Of a stretch of 64,000 bases of DNA, positions 13,141-27,526 are shown one piece after another (position 1 is the first letter of the stretch; each line of letters starts with the position of its first letter). The DNA is from Octopus bimaculoides (Eukaryota), in NCBI RefSeq assembly GCF_001194135.2, contig NC_068985.1:94052547-94116546 (forward strand). Reading direction: 5' to 3'. Position numbers and translations under genes: made by a program. The notes under the pieces were generated by a model. It saw only the letters and a list, made by a program, of their open reading frames with translations, searched no databases and was not told where the DNA came from.

Positions 13141-13169
13141 CTCAAGTACAAGACAAAAATCGAAACTAA

Positions 13170-13372
13170 ACAACGTTTAATAATACTACACAATAGCAGG
13201 AGCAAAGATGGCATCTCAAGACAGTTACAAAACCAGTGGTTGTAGGGGATCTTGGAACGATCATAAACAAAAGCTGAACGTTATTTAAGAACGATCCCTG
13301 GATTACAATCCATGCGTGAAGTGCAAAATATTGTCTGGAGTGGTACGTCACATGCATCGAGAAGAGTATTGG
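13170..13372 (+). mobile_element. R4/Dong-type LINE extreme C-terminus
   Basis: TKPVVVGDLGTI, then after a frameshift ERYLRTIPGLQSMREVQNIVWSGTSHASRRVL. Confidence 0.7.
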
Positions 13373-13699
13373 TGGTGCTAATTTTCGTTCCATTTTAAAC
13401 TGAAGAATAGCAGAAATGTTTGACGAAGGCCTCAATACTTACTGTATCTCTATGTGTGTAACTAAATCAGAAAAAATGCCGTTAATAAAATGCAGATGGA
13501 AAGCTTATGTCTTCCAGTAGTATGGGAAATGATTATTGGTGTAATTTCCAGACTAATTTATGAGTATTGTAATAGCAACTGCTGCCAAATGAACAGAAAC
13601 TTTCCCAAAAACAAAGCACAAGTACAGTAGTACAGTTCTTCATAGAAAAAAGAATATTCTGAAGACTTAAAAAGAGGCGATCATCTATGGCCGAGACTG

Positions 13700-15170
13700 A
13701 CAGCAATAATTACTGGTACAGCTATGTGTTCTGACTTGAGATTACTCAAAAGCAAAATATGGCTATGGGTACATAAATTATCAAATACCTGGGTAAAAAA
13801 AATTCAACGGAACATTAGTTACTGGGAAAGAAAAATCGAGAGAATAAGTTGCTTTTGCTATTGTCTAAATCTAGCAGCTCTTAACTTAAGGAACACAAGA
13901 GCAGAATGTGTATTAAGAGAATATGGGCAACGCATGGACCATGTATCATTTATGGAAGATCTGATAAGAGTGAAAAGCAAGTTGAAATGAGTTTTTAGCG
14001 AGGATAAGAAAGCTTTCACCTGTAATAAACGCGACAACTTTCAAATGAAGAGAGACAAATTGTTTAACAGAAGAGTAATTAAGTTCTCCACTGGCGGAAA
14101 TATCAAACAAATTGGCAAGAAAATTGGGTAGAAGTCATTTGAATGTTGGAAGCCGATTGTATAAAAGAAAAGAGAAGCAAGATCATAATGAATACAATTA
14201 GAAGAGCCAAGGACATATTAATATCTCACCAGAAAAGTATAAATGTTATGAGAGATTTCAACTTGGATGCTGTTTCAATCTTTCGATACAGTGTGGGTGT
14301 CTTCATTTGGAATACCCAAGAACTACAGGATATTGAATAGAAATTCGAAAAGCTGTTGTATAAAAAAAACGATATTAGACTGTATAGGAAATGCAATTAT
14401 GTTGGAGAAGATTTCATGAGCGTAGAAAATAATGTTGTAATGTAGGAACACTGTCTGTACAAAGATGTGTTAAAAAGTAAAGAAAAATGTATATATAAAA
14501 TAAAACGTGTTCAGAGCTATGAAAAAAGAAGACATTCCTAGAAAAAAAAAAGAGGTAAGATAGCATTGAAAGCTGGCAAGAAAAATTAACATGAAAAACG
14601 ATTCAAAGATTTTTTTTTTTCATGTAAATTTACTAGGCCTTAGGACTGGTTGAATAAACAAGATCTAAAAAATGACACAGATGCCCAGGAACATATAATA
14701 TGAATAAGAATAATCAGATCACATAGAGTATAGAGTAGCGTATCGTTACTATGTCAATTATTTTAGAAAAGAGAAAAGACTGCAACTGACATAGTATCTT
14801 AGTGTAATATTCTGACAGTGAAACAATGCAGAGACGAGATAAACGGGAAAATTGTATTAGTCCTACGCAGATAATCCTGTGCGTTCTAGACAAGAAAGCG
14901 CTATAATCGTTGACCAACAATTAAATGTTGAAAGTGATTAGGTAAAAGTTTTATTGAATATGAAACCCTTGGTACACTAGGAATTGGAATATTTATCTTT
15001 ATGATTGCGAAAGATATCAGAATTTCTATGACGAAATATGTAACCAGTCTGTTTGATTGCAAGGAGGAAGTAATAAGAAACTGTGACTAAATAAATAGGA
15101 TCTTAAGTGGAATTCCAAATGGCTTCATTCTGCTGAGAGGTGTAGCATTCAAAAATATCACCAAATGATG
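13700..15170 (+). mobile_element. R4/Dong-type LINE, RT core to RLE, heavily decayed
   Basis: MDHVSFMEDL (decayed HLLFMDDL catalytic motif); LEADCIKEK...RRAKDIL...AVSIFRYSVGVFIWNTQELQDIE. A further LINE 3' remnant may occupy 13420-13680. Confidence 0.75.
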
Positions 15171-15247
15171 ATTTTTTTTATAATCCTCATAAGTCACGTG
15201 ATATCACAGAATGAAAATTTCCTCCGTAGAGCACGTATTTACAGTCA

Positions 15248-15420
15248 TGGGCTGGACGAAATACTAGGCGGTATTTTGCCCGTCGCTACGTTTTGAGTTC
15301 AAATTTCCCCAAGGTCCGAGTCGGTGAAATAAGTACCACTTGATCACAGGGGTTAATGTAATAGACTGTACCCCTCCTTCAAAATTTCAGGCCTTGTGCC
15401 TGTTACAGAAATGTTTATTA
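15248..15420 (+). mobile_element. Family M SINE, 5'-eroded, internal deletion
   Basis: B box gagttcaaattt, core gtcggtgaaataagtacc, tail aaatttcaggccttgtgcc. Confidence 0.75.
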
Positions 15421-15631
15421 TCTAAAGGATCGAAAGCTGAATATTGAACAGGAAGAGTATTGCTGCAGAATTCGTATGAATGGAAACATCAGTTACTGAT
15501 GGTGAAATCATAAGAAATTTGTAGAATAAGAAAGTATTGTCAGAATTTGCACGGATTTATTACGGAAAGATTTGACCGTAATCCTTACTTGTGTATTCTT
15601 TAAGTAAATCTGAACTTGAATAAAATAAGTA

Positions 15632-16051
15632 CCGTAAATCCTCGAGTACAATCCGCACTTTTTTCCCAAAAAGATCAAACTTTCTAGTGCGTAGTATATA
15701 CGAGGTTAAAAATGAAAAATATTTTCTAAGCAAAATTTTCTAAGTGATAAATATGTGAAAGGCAATTTACTTAATATTTGTTTTTCACTGACGTTATTAC
15801 TGTTATTTCTTTATTTCCTGCAAACAAAGTACACAAAAAGCTACATGTTGCCATTATGTTATATATACAATTATAATAAAGGACGTTACCGTATATATGT
15901 TTTCAAACCAAGGACGTTATATAGACCTCCTTGACTCAAGTTAGAGAAGGGGTGCGTATTATACACAAGGTTTAGGTTTTTCAGAGGTACAGCCCCCTAA
16001 AAATCCCCTGCGTATTATACTCGATGGCGGACTATACTTGAGGATTTACGG
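15632..16051. mobile_element. Tc1/mariner-superfamily (pogo/Tigger-like) MITE, 420 bp
   Basis: TIRs CCGTAAATCCTCGAGTACAATCCGC / CCGTAAATCCTCAAGTATAGTCCGC (22/25 identical); TA flanks at 15630-31 and 16052-53; internal tgcgtattata subterminal repeats. Confidence 0.9.
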
Positions 16052-16882
16052 TATATCAAATAACTAAATGAGAGATAAACAGGGAAACCGAAACGAAATC
16101 AGATTTGTAATGGAAGGAAAAGGAATAAATGGAATTTGTGAGAGAAATATATTCAAGAAGAAAACTTCTAGTGCCACATCTCTTGTGTTTGGAGTTGCGA
16201 CATTTAACTATTTCTTTAAATATTGGACTAGATGCGCGGATGGAGCTTTTAAGAGACGGTAATGAAACGATACTCTTCTCGAAAAGCCATTAGAGCAGGA
16301 CAAGGCTTCCGTTGGGAAATTGGTGTGACACATATTTTGTTTTCGAAAGATTTCAAAAAAAAAAGTATCTAATATCGCCTTAGATAATGAAGGAGAGATA
16401 ATGAGAGAGAAAATAATTAGACGACCGACGATTTGAAAGAAATGAGAATATACGAAGACAAAGTAAAATTCATCGTAATAAAAAATATTTTTAAGAAGTG
16501 ATATTATTGGCGCTTCAGAGTGATTCCTAAAACTAGGCAAAATACGAAGAGGATAACGATCTCGGTTATTAAGCTATGGAAATATTGTAGAAGTAGAGTG
16601 ACATATATATTTTAATAAGCAAGGCGCGATAAGAACATAAGGACGTAAACACAATAGACTATTAAAAAAATTCCATGAAATATAATTACAGAAAGATAGA
16701 GATCTTTTCCACAATTATGTAAATATGATATCAGGTACATATATACTGTGTAAATGTAGGGTATTTAGTAATGAATAATGTGAAACTAATATTCTTGGGA
16801 AGGCAAGACAGTTTTCTACAGTCAAGGGAATTAACATATATGAATCAGAATCTGCAGTATATGTTGTGAAGACGAAGGAATA

Positions 16883-17096
16883 TGGTTTCTAATTTTCGAA
16901 CAAGGCCAGCAATTTTGGGAGAGGGGTGTGTGGAGTACTGTGTTTTGTGGTGCGTAACTGGTGCTTCCTCTAAGGACCTTGAAAAGATGAAAGATAAAAT
17001 CAAACTTTGCGGAATTTGAACTCAGGACTGAAAGACGGACGAAACGCTGCTAAGCAGTTTCCTGGCGTGCTAACGACTCTGCTAGTTCGCCGCCTT
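16883..17096 (-). mobile_element. Family M SINE
   Basis: Head and B box match the 4666 copy. Confidence 0.85.
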
Positions 17097-18773
17097 ATGA
17101 TGAAAAATTATTTATAAACTGTACTAAAAAGTAAAGTTTAAAGTAAAGATGAGGCACCAACATGTTGTCTTTTCGTTTTCAGAACGTACAAAATAAAGAA
17201 GTGAGCAGCATTGTTCCTCGTATTTGTCAACGTTTGAACTCAATGATAAATGCAGTTTATTAGGCAAATTATTACCAATGTTATCTAAGATGGCTACGTC
17301 AGGAATACAGCGAATGACGTAGCGTTTACAACAAGCAATACATGTTGTAGAGATATGGTAATTAAAGTAATATAACAGGGCCATGGGAACCAGCGGGTGT
17401 TGATATTGAAACAACAGTTTACTCCCAAAACAGCTTGAAGAAATAATAGAACACGGTTAAAGTAAACGAAATGCATGTATTCGCTAAGTACCTGACAGCA
17501 AGAATCCACACGGCAAAACAAAAGGAAACGGGAAAAAAAGAGCAACAAAAACAGCGATATTATGTTTTAAAGTAGCTAAAGATCAAGTACCGCTATTGTT
17601 TGAAGGCAATGCAATTGTGACGGTGTAACTTAGAGCTAATGTTTGTGGATCGTGTCGAAAACCCTAAAAATACAATATAAATACGATAATCTAGAAGGGA
17701 AAGAGAAATAGCCTGGGCTACTGCATCCCTGTTCAGATTTTGGTTTTTAAGTTATATAATAATAATAATAATAATAATNNNNNNNNNNNNNNNNNNNNNN
17801 NNNNNNNNNNNNNNNNNNNNNNNNNNNNNNNNNNNNNNNNNNNNNNNNNNNNNNNNNNNNNNNNNNNNNNNNNNNNNNNNNNNNNNNNNNNNNNNNNNNN
17901 NNNNNNNNNNNNNNNNNNNNNNNNNNNNNNNNNNNNNNNNNNNNNNNNNNNNNNNNNNNNNNNNNNNNNNNNNNNNNNNCAGATGACCAAGTCGTTATTA
18001 AAAGCGTATTGACTTCGGTACATATTTGATCAGCTACTAAATCCTTTTGATGAAGGAAAAGGTTCAATACTCAAAAAAAAAAAAAATGAAGAATCTATAT
18101 GAAAACCATTCAATGTCTTAGATGATGTAAAAAATAAAGTAGTCAAAAAAAAAAAAAAGGACCTCGAAACAAAAAGACGGGAGGGAGAAATATGAATGTT
18201 GTGCGGAAAAAGTTCCACCCTCAATTTGTTGACATTTTTGAAGGACTTGAAAAAATGCATGTCAGATTGTTTGTAATGAAACGCCAGCAGTTGTTGATAT
18301 TGATTATCAATTGTACATTGATGTTGTATGAATAACGTTATCGAAATTTTTGGAGCTGCATAACAAAGGATTTACAAACACGGAATACATTGAAATTGAA
18401 GAAAGCTGAGGAACAAGATTTTAGAATGAAAACTCCAGTTTATTAGTTTCACTCTTAAAGGGCTTGGCAGAAGATATTTCTCACGGAAAAAATAAGAATT
18501 ATGCGTTTGAGTCTCAAGTTTCAAACTTCGATTGAAGTAGGAATAATTGTCGTAGATCAAACCTTTGAAGCGTCAGATAAATCCTTTCGCTTCTTATCAA
18601 ACTATATTATTCCTTGCCAGTGCTATTTGTATCATCATTTAAGTGCAGTAATTCATATTTTGTGTGTAACTCTATGCTACCTCTACAACTCATGTTGGTT
18701 GATTTTGTAATCTAGATGAATGTTGCTTCATTTCAGATACATGATGATGGAGTGCCAAATATACAAATATCGT

Positions 18774-19110
18774 GACACTCCGTCGGTTACGACGACGTGG
18801 GTTCCAGTTGATCCAATCAAGGGAACAGTCTGCTCTTGAAATTAACGACTAAGTGGCTTAGCACTCCACAGACACGTGTACCCTTAACGAAGTCGTCGAT
18901 GCGATTTAGCGTGACGCAGAGTGTGACAAGGCTGGTCCTTTGAAATATAGGTACAACAACAACAGGAAGGAACAGTGACCACCTCCTGCCGGAGCCCCAT
19001 GGAGATTTAGGTGTTTTCGCTCAATAAACACTCACAACACCCGGAATCGAAACTGTGATCCTATAAACGCGAGTCTGCCGCCCTTACCACTGGGCCATTG
19101 CGCCTCCACA
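18774..19110 (-). mobile_element. Family K SINE
   Basis: Homologous to the 5596 and 58965 copies over most of its length. Confidence 0.9.
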
Positions 19111-19189
19111 GAGAAATATAACGAAGAAAATATACCTAACAAATATATAAATTTCTGATTTCATATGAATTTTATAAATAAGACGGCCA

Positions 19190-20090
19190 CGTTTGAATGG
19201 ATATCCTTCATATTTTATACTTCGGAACAAGGAACTGCAACCCAAATGTAATGTGTTGAGATTGTACGTAAAGAGGAAAGAACAGGGACGAGGATTGATA
19301 TGTTGTGAACGGTGTGTAAGCGAAGTGGGGAATATCCTGTCTTGATATGACAAGGGGAGTAAAGAAGACATGACTGAAGCAGTTAAAATGCAGGGAACCT
19401 TAAAAGTGAAGAAAGCTGTAGATCTGACAGGATTTGAGAAACACCAGAGAGAGCAGATGAAGTAACTTTGGTAGGACAAAAAAAAAATGCACAGTCAGTT
19501 CTTGAAGAATAAAGATGAGATTCATTGGAATAGAACCTGGAAATGGCTGTAGAAAGGAGATTTAAAAGAGCCTATTGGGGTATTTGTTTGCAGTGCTCAA
19601 GAACAAGCTCTCATAACAAATTACTCCAAATATCACATTGATAAAATCACCGACTCGCCACAATGTAGGATATGCTATGAGTAGAGAGAAAATATAAGCC
19701 ATATTGTTAGTGAGTGCTTTCAGCTCGCACAAGACAAATACAAAAGGAGACACGGCAATGTGGCCAGATATTTCCACTGGCTGCTGTGCTGTAAAGAATG
19801 TCTAGAGAGAGTCGAAAAATGTTATGAACACAAGCCAGAGGGAGTAATGGGAAACAGACATTACAAAATACACTGGAATGTTAACATCCAGTGCGCTCAA
19901 GTCATAGAGGCGAGACAGGCAGAAATCGTGATCATCCATAAAGATGAAAAAGAAGTGAAGAGAATAGATGTTGCAATACCAGGCAATTCGACGGTGAAAA
20001 TGTAAGGAAACAGAAAAGATTGACAAATAACAGCCACTGCGGGGCGAGATAGGAAAGTTATGGGGTATGAGGAACGTATTGTATTTTGTT
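19190..20090 (+). mobile_element. R4/Dong-type LINE C-terminal fragment with CCHC knuckle and RLE domain
   Basis: KWL*KGDLKEPIGVFVCSAQEQAL...CRICYE*RENISHIVSEC...KRRHGNVARYFHW...EARQAEIVII...IDVAIP; stop at 19682-84. Confidence 0.92.
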
Positions 20091-20424
20091 AATGGCAGCA
20101 TCATCGGAAGCTGTTAGAAGCCTAGCAACTGTTTGGGCCGCCGTTTTTCCCAGCAGAAAACAGAATTTCACGGAAACAGCTGTTTCTTCATTTCAGCCAT
20201 CGCAAAAATTGACGAACAATGGTGAAGCACAACAAGTAAAAGATGCACCGCCTGGCAGTCATATTGCAATCTACGACGCCAGTCAGAATATTGATGCCTG
20301 GGGGTCGCATCGAGTAACCACTTGACGCAGAAGTCTGAAAAACAATGCGTTTGTCGCAGAAAGAACATTTCCGGATACTTTTGGGTACATATATACATAG
20401 AGAGCACTAATAGTATGATGCTAG

Positions 20425-20510
20425 TTTAGAAGACACTTGTTCAAGGTGGCGTGTTCTGCGATCGAACCGAAAGGCACGTGATTGAGAAGGGAAGTTTTTA
20501 ATCGCACACC
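20425..20510 (-). mobile_element. Family C SINE head remnant
   Basis: Minus strand reads ggttcgatcgcag...ccaccttgaacaagtgtcttct. Confidence 0.6.
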
Positions 20511-22034
20511 AATGAAAGAAATAATTGGAAATGCGCGCGCACACACACACACACACACAATAACGAGAGGCCAAACATCACAATTCTCCCGTATTATCAA
20601 TGTAGGATGTTTTGAACATAGAATAGCGTCTACATCACTATTGATATCCGTCATTTAAAAGGCAGGAATTGAAGAGAAAATATTAAAGAAACATTGGAAA
20701 GCAGAAATAAATGAAAAAGAAATGATAAATATATAAAGATGTGTCAGCCAGGAAATCGTAGAATAGTGGAGCCGATTCACTTGACGGATTTTTATGATCG
20801 GCGTATAACGTATACATATGAACGCAAGGCGATTCCTATAGCTACCCACGTTAATAATTTAACTGCTTTGCATCATCATTAAAATGAATAGAAAGATCAA
20901 TGCTTATAACTGACAATTCAGAACATTGATTTTGTGAACATTTTTACTTAATAGCAAACAAGACTTCACCATTAGGTCACATGTTACGACAATCCTACCT
21001 GATCTTAAAACACATTAGCAGACTGTCATCACTCTTGATGTTGCTGATGCGGATGTGTTTTTAACAATAGACAACTCTGATGGATCAGACATACAAATGC
21101 TTTTTATCCATGACAATATTGCTATTTTTAAGAGGAAAAAAATATTACTTGAAAATGGATGATTATTTAATAGGCGTTCATATTTTAAAAGGTATTAGAT
21201 CGTGGTTAGTGAGGCATCTTGCAGCTCTATCTAACAAGACGTGCCACCGAATTATGGACTCCTATACTGTGGCACAATCGCAACAATGGTTATAGAATGC
21301 CAATGTGATGTGATGAGCTTCGTTCAAGGTTGTTGCTGGTTCAATCAATGTTGCTTCTATATTTCAAATTCAGCTTCATCATTCTGTTTTAAAATAAAGA
21401 AGGGGTCATAGATATTTTCACGATAATTGAGACATTTTCGTCATCGCTATTGTTGTTATTTTATCAAAATCGTAATTATTTCGTATTCGAAGTGTATGTT
21501 CAAAATACAGTTGAAACACAATTATCCTCGACCATATGGTAAATGTTTTGGGCAAAGAACACCCCCACCAAAAAAGAAAAATGCATCCGCTGATATCAAA
21601 CCTGTAACTGAATATTTGTGGTGCTTCGCTAACATGGTTTCCAGTTATGTTTCGGCAAATAATATCGTCATAAATATTTCAAAAATAATCTTTCTCAATA
21701 AAATCTGATTCTGTAAGATCAATGAGAGCTAGAAACAAGTACGTCGTACAACGCACCCGGTGAAGCAGGTGTTGCAATAGAACTGCAGTACTCAATAAGT
21801 TTTGAAACCATATATCATGTATTTTCTTGCTTAACGGAAGGTATTAATCAAGAATGGTTACTAAAGCTGAGAACAAATCGAAATATTGCTGGTGCTATTA
21901 TCTCCCAACTAAGAATATATCGTATATATAGTCCAACTAATACCCTCTGCATACACAGATGTTGTTTACATCGCCTGCAGCATGCATGTACTTACAGTTA
22001 GCTAATATTCAGCAGATTCTATTATATAATAATA

Positions 22035-22080
<46 letters not shown>

Positions 22081-22774
22081 NNNNNNNNNNNNNNNNNNNN
22101 NNNNNNNNNNNNNNNNNNNNNNNNNNNNNNNNNNNNNNNNNNNNNNNNNNNNNNNNNNNNNNNNNNNNNNNNNNNNNNNNNNNNNNNNNNNNNNNNNNNN
22201 NNNNNNNNNNNNNNNNNNNNNNNNNNNNNNNNNNNNNNNNNNNNNNNNNNNNNNNNNNNNNNNNNNNNNNNNNNNNNNNNNNNNNNNNNNNNNNNNNNNN
22301 NNNNNNNNNNNNNNNNNNNNNNNNNNNNNNNNNNNNNNNNNNNNNNNNNNNNNNNNNNNNNNNNNNNNNNNNNNNNNNNNNNNNNNNNNNNNNNNNNNNN
22401 NNNNNNNNNNNNNNNNNNNNNNNNNNNNNNNNNNNNNNNNNNNNNNNNNNNNNNNNNNNNNNNNNNNNNNNNNNNNNNNNNNNNNNNNNNNNNNNNNNNN
22501 NNNNNNNNNNNNNNNNNNNNNNNNNNNNNNNNNNNNNNNNNNNNNNNNNNNNNNNNNNNNNNNNNNNNNNNNNNNNNNNNNNNNNNNNNNNNNNNNNNNN
22601 ATATATATATATATATATAATTTTATTCTTTTATTCTTTTACTTGTCTCAATCATTCGACTGTTAGATTAAGCGGTAGCTGTATTCGTCTTTGTAGTAGT
22701 GTTTTTCAAACTGAGCTGTTGTAGCGGCGGCGAGGTTACGGTGGTTCTCTAATTTTTCTCACATTTATTGTTAC

Positions 22775-22808
22775 CTCACGGTGCTGTACCTGAGGAGCTC
22801 CAAGAATA
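22775..22808 (-). CDS. Candidate 34-nt internal exon
   Basis: Acceptor gttgtgttctttcttttttcag, donor GAG|gtaaca. Open as ILGAPQVQHRE or FLELLRYSTV. Confidence 0.3.
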
Positions 22809-24152
22809 CTGAAAAAAGAAAGAACACAACATAAAATTTATATATGAGTGTTGTTGGTTTTTAATCAATTATTATCAAATAAATCATTTAGTACCAGGAT
22901 ACATCTGTCTGATATAGGTCTTTTCATTGAAGAAGTGATGAAGAAAGTCGAATGACTGAAAAAACTTCCGTTTAGATAAAAATTATCCAAATGTTTAAAT
23001 GTAGTGAGATGGGTAACAAAATGGCAAGTATAATATTTATACGAAATATATAATGCAAACAGCCACTTTGTATTACTGAGAACAGTGATGCAAATACGTG
23101 GCTTCTCGTCCTCTTCTCCCGAACATTTGCCTACGTTTATTTTCTTAAAGAATGAGATTCGATAATGTAGTATGACATGAACTGTCTTCAAATAAGGTGG
23201 ATCAGTCACAACTAGGGCTATTCAAACACAACATACATGTTTATCAACCGTTACAGAATCAAGAATGTCAGCTCTAATTTGTTATTTTTTCCAGTAAACT
23301 ATTATCGTTAAGATTGTCAACAACACATAATTATCAAATATATTGATTATTTTACTAATAACCCCGAGTAAAGACAATGTGTATGACGATACACGTATAA
23401 CGACTAATATGAAACCACAACATTGTAAATCCCTGTTTTACGTCTTTCATGACTATTGAAAGAAGCTGCTGAAATATAGTAACAAATTATTCTGTTTTTA
23501 TCTTTTAGTATCAGTACAAAAACTGTGTCAGTTGTTATCCGATCGTAGATGTACGATGAATAATAATTTAATGACATATTGTAAAATAATTATACGAAAG
23601 AAAATGTAACAGTAGATATCTGCTATAAATAGCTATCATAGTTATTAGAACTAATGACATCAATTTCAACAGACAGTTCAACATTATTTCACTTACTTAA
23701 CAAAGAAAAGTCCGATACGTTGTATGGATCTTCATCAAAACTCTCTCGCCAGATAATGTATTCTTGTTGAAAATCTAATTAACGACTAATTAAGCTACGT
23801 CAGTAACCAAAAAATGTTTCACATCGTGAATCCAATACACATATGCATATTTCTTTTACATGAGAGACTTGTTAGTTTTTAGCTATGGAATTAAAAGATA
23901 TGATATGATTTCATTAACATAATTCTAACCGCAGATATGTTGTTATTTTAATGCAATTTAATAGCGATGATACGTGAATACATAAACAAAAAAAGCACAT
24001 ATTGTCATGGAAGAGGAGAGTATTTCGTATAACAGAGTAATTTACAACTTCTATGTTGGTAATATTGTGGGTCCCTGAAGCAAAAATAGAGAGTCAAAAT
24101 CACAATCTCGCGATCATGAGTGCAATGCCTTGACCGCTAAGGTAAGGATCTG

Positions 24153-24320
24153 CACAGCAGTCAAGTACTGAGATCAATATAGTTGGCCTTATACACTCGA
24201 GTATTTGTCTAGTGCTGATTTTATCGAATCCAGCAAGATGGAGACCCCTGGGATTTGAACACAGAGATTAGAGAAATGCAACTAAATACTACAAAGTGTT
24301 TAGAGACTTAACCAGTATGC
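24153..24320 (-). mobile_element. Degenerate family M-like SINE
   Basis: gtgctgattttatcgaatcc...gggatttgaacacag remnants. Confidence 0.45.
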
Positions 24321-26571
24321 CGTTCTAAATAACGACAACAACAGAGGATATTATAAAAAAATCTAATAATTCGAATAAAAATAGAACAGAATGATAATAT
24401 ACAATACAGATTTGCAACTCGATAAAAGAACAACCTTATAAACTGTTTACGAGAGAATATATTGAGCACGATGACAAATTTATTTATTTTATAATGCTAT
24501 TCTGCTTGATCTTCTACGTTTAGCATTATTAATATTTTCAGTAGACTCTGACAAATCACTGCCATGAATGCAGCTCATAAAAAGCAATTGATTATCATGG
24601 ATCGATCTATTAATAAGGGATACAAGTAAAGTCTTCGTGCAGATCGCAGGTGTTACAGTCAAGAGAAATTTTCCATTATTAAAATTTAATAAGAAAGTGT
24701 AAAACTATGGATGAATATAAAATGTATAGGTTTTGGGAATTTTAAAGCTTAAATATTACGAAAATAAAGCAACAAACTTTCAAATCCGTATCACGTATGA
24801 ACATGCAAGCTATTAAATTTAAAAGTTAGAATATTTTGGAAAAGGAATTATCCATCGAAATTGGGAAACGTAACAGCAGCAAAAAATAGTAATTAACTTA
24901 GTGTTAAAGCATTTAATGTACTAGGAACTAAAGATAACAAAATATATTTATGTGGTGAGGAAAATATTTGACTTTTCAAAGACAAATAGTTTGTAAATAA
25001 TCTTGAGATAAATGTTGAGCAATTGCCGACAATATTTCGTTATTAATCGTCTTCATATTATCAAAGATACCCCGAGTTGCCTCCTCTATTTCCGAAATGC
25101 ACTAAAAATATTATTGCTAATTAGAAAATGGCATTTGAAATATTTATTTGTACACAATCGCCGCGATACAATACGTACATCGTAATCTGGTAATAAAATA
25201 TCCTTTAAGTATGGCTAACTTTTTACTGCGCTGGTTCTTATTCTAACAGCACATAAGTCTGTGTCTACGCCACATATTCTACCAAAACATAAGTCTCTCT
25301 ATGCGCCATCAGTTTCAATGCTTACAAAAAGAAGTTCCCTTCTAACTGCGTCATATAATAACTACAAGACAATTTTAGAGAGGCTGGAAGGGAACTAAAC
25401 AATGTGATTTCTGAAAAAGAAAAAAAAAATATGATATGTAAATTTGCTTTAATTAACTTATGTGCAGAGTAGAATAATTCGTTTCGAAACATTTGAAAAG
25501 CTTAGTAAAAATAATCGACTTGGTTAGCAAAAAAGTTAAGTGATCGGAAATGTCTGGAGCAATAAGAAATTCAAGACAAACCCAAATATTAAAACATCAA
25601 TAAAGATTGTTTAGATTGGGTAAACACATAAAAAAATATAGAAAATCATATAAATAAAGAGGCAGTAAATATTCAAGACAAGCCAAAAGTACAGGTATAT
25701 GGTAAAGAAAATAAATACACTTAAAGAAGTCCGCAAGTTGGAATGATTTATGGAAATAATGGCGAACTATGAATAAATGTAAAATAGACCATACGAGAAG
25801 GTAAAAAAAAAAGATATTTCATCAGGAAGGAAAATACTACTGGCAATCAAGAAGGAAGTAATAAGATGAGACATTAAAAGGATTTGCACAGATTTACGTG
25901 TATCATCATTACAAGTCTCCATTCTCCGATAATGCTTCCAGCATTATCGGTGATATATTGAGTTGGGTTGGCTAAAGAATAGAATAGTTATGAGTGAAAA
26001 AACAGTATCACAAACAATAACAAAAAACGAATTATTAAAAAATAAAAAGAAGTTGAACAAAAATATTTATCCTTTAATGTTAACTAAAAAATAAAATTAA
26101 CACAGTTTATAAAAACAAAACTAGAAAACCATAAATTTATATACAGAGAAGGATAATATAAATAAGAGAGTAAGAAAAATAACGAGACACATAATAAACA
26201 CGCATCTAGTGTTTCAATCCGTTGTATCTAAAAACAAAATATTTACATGAAAGAGTGAGAAGAAAAAACATCAGTCACTGATACACGATTATAGAAATCA
26301 GCAAAACAAGACACAGAAATGTTTTAGAAGAAACACAAAGAAAAAACTTACAGAAAAACCGACAGACAACAATATTTTTTTATGTAATGAGATGCTTGAA
26401 ATATCGGAAAAAATAAACACAAGTTAACAGTGAAAGAGAATGAGTGGCATGGATGTAACTAGCCTAAAGATAATGTTGGTTTTTTTTTTTAACATAGGCA
26501 CAATGCAGCGAATAATGTTTGGTGGGGAGAGATATCGGCAATTATATTGACCACTGTATTTTAGTCATGTG

Positions 26572-26760
26572 AGGGCACATGACTAAGTCGTTTAGGTGTT
26601 GCACTCACGATCAGAAGACCGTGCGTTCAATTCTTGACGGGGTGGTGTGTTGTGTTCTTATGCAAAACGCATCATCTAACATTGCTCTATGTTCATATCA
26701 TTATCTGAAATATGGCTCAACACGTGCCGTTCAGGCAAAGGTCGATTTGATGGAGGTCGT
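26572..26760 (+). mobile_element. Degenerate CORE-like SINE (second subfamily)
   Basis: A-box-like tgactaagtcg, B-box-like gcgttcaattc, then gtgtgttgtgttcttatgcaaaac core-like segment. Confidence 0.5.
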
Positions 26761-27165
26761 AATCTAATATACAGAAGTATTTGAACATTTACCATTAAGA
26801 ATCGTAACAGGCGTAAAAGGGGACATTTTCCTCCAAATATACAATCTCTTTTGACTCCAGTTATAAAGTGAAACTCAGGAGCCGACCCATTTTCGAGGAA
26901 ACTTGCGCTTCTCTCTCGTGATTTACAGAAGATATTTTATTGTTGACCCACACCATTTGCTTCACTTTAGATAATCGTTTAATAACTTGAAAACTATTTC
27001 ATGGGAGAGCAAAAGTCTGACGACCATTTCTTTCATGTCTCCCCTCTCTTAACATTGGCATTAGTCTAAGTCAAAACCATCCGTTCATCCTTTCTAAAGA
27101 GAGGCAACGGCGAGGTTTCCATATAAACCTTAATTGACAATGATAACTTATCACAGATTGATTAC

Positions 27166-27224
27166 TTATTTCCGACCGATTCCTCTCTCGTACTGTAGTT
27201 GCAGTGGTGCCCTCTGGTGTAACA
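27166..27224 (-). CDS. Candidate 59-nt internal exon
   Basis: Acceptor gcttttacatttgtatttcag, donor TAA|gtaatc. Two frames open: CYTRGHHCNYSTREESVGN or VTPEGTTATTVRERNRSEI. Confidence 0.25.
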
Positions 27225-27483
27225 CTGAAATACAAATGTAAAAGCTATTTAATGCATTTTCTGCGATGCCCTGTTTGTCCCTTAGTCATTGTCACTTGCG
27301 TTTAGCAGTAGGCCAACATAGTATCATGTAAAAACTCCTTAGCCAAACGGAAAATAACTCTAACAGCTTCGTAAGTATCACGGTATCAAGTCTCTTCTCT
27401 GGTCAATCCTTAATGCAGGCTTTAGAGCGAGTTGTACTTGTAAGAATATCTGATATATGATAGTCATCAGCCACAGTTCAATT

Positions 27484-27526
27484 ATGTATGTATGTATGTA
27501 TGTATGTATGTATGTATGTATGTATG
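27484..27526. repeat. (ATGT)n microsatellite
   Basis: Direct reading. Confidence 0.95.

Noticed and set aside
17276-17491. Strong minus-strand acceptor at 17492 with a hydrophobic reading frame
   Set aside because: All frames stop before a plausible donor; the hydrophobicity reflects T-richness.
25300-26400. A-rich, strand-biased tract suggestive of an old LINE
   Set aside because: No translatable motif recovered, so it cannot be supported.
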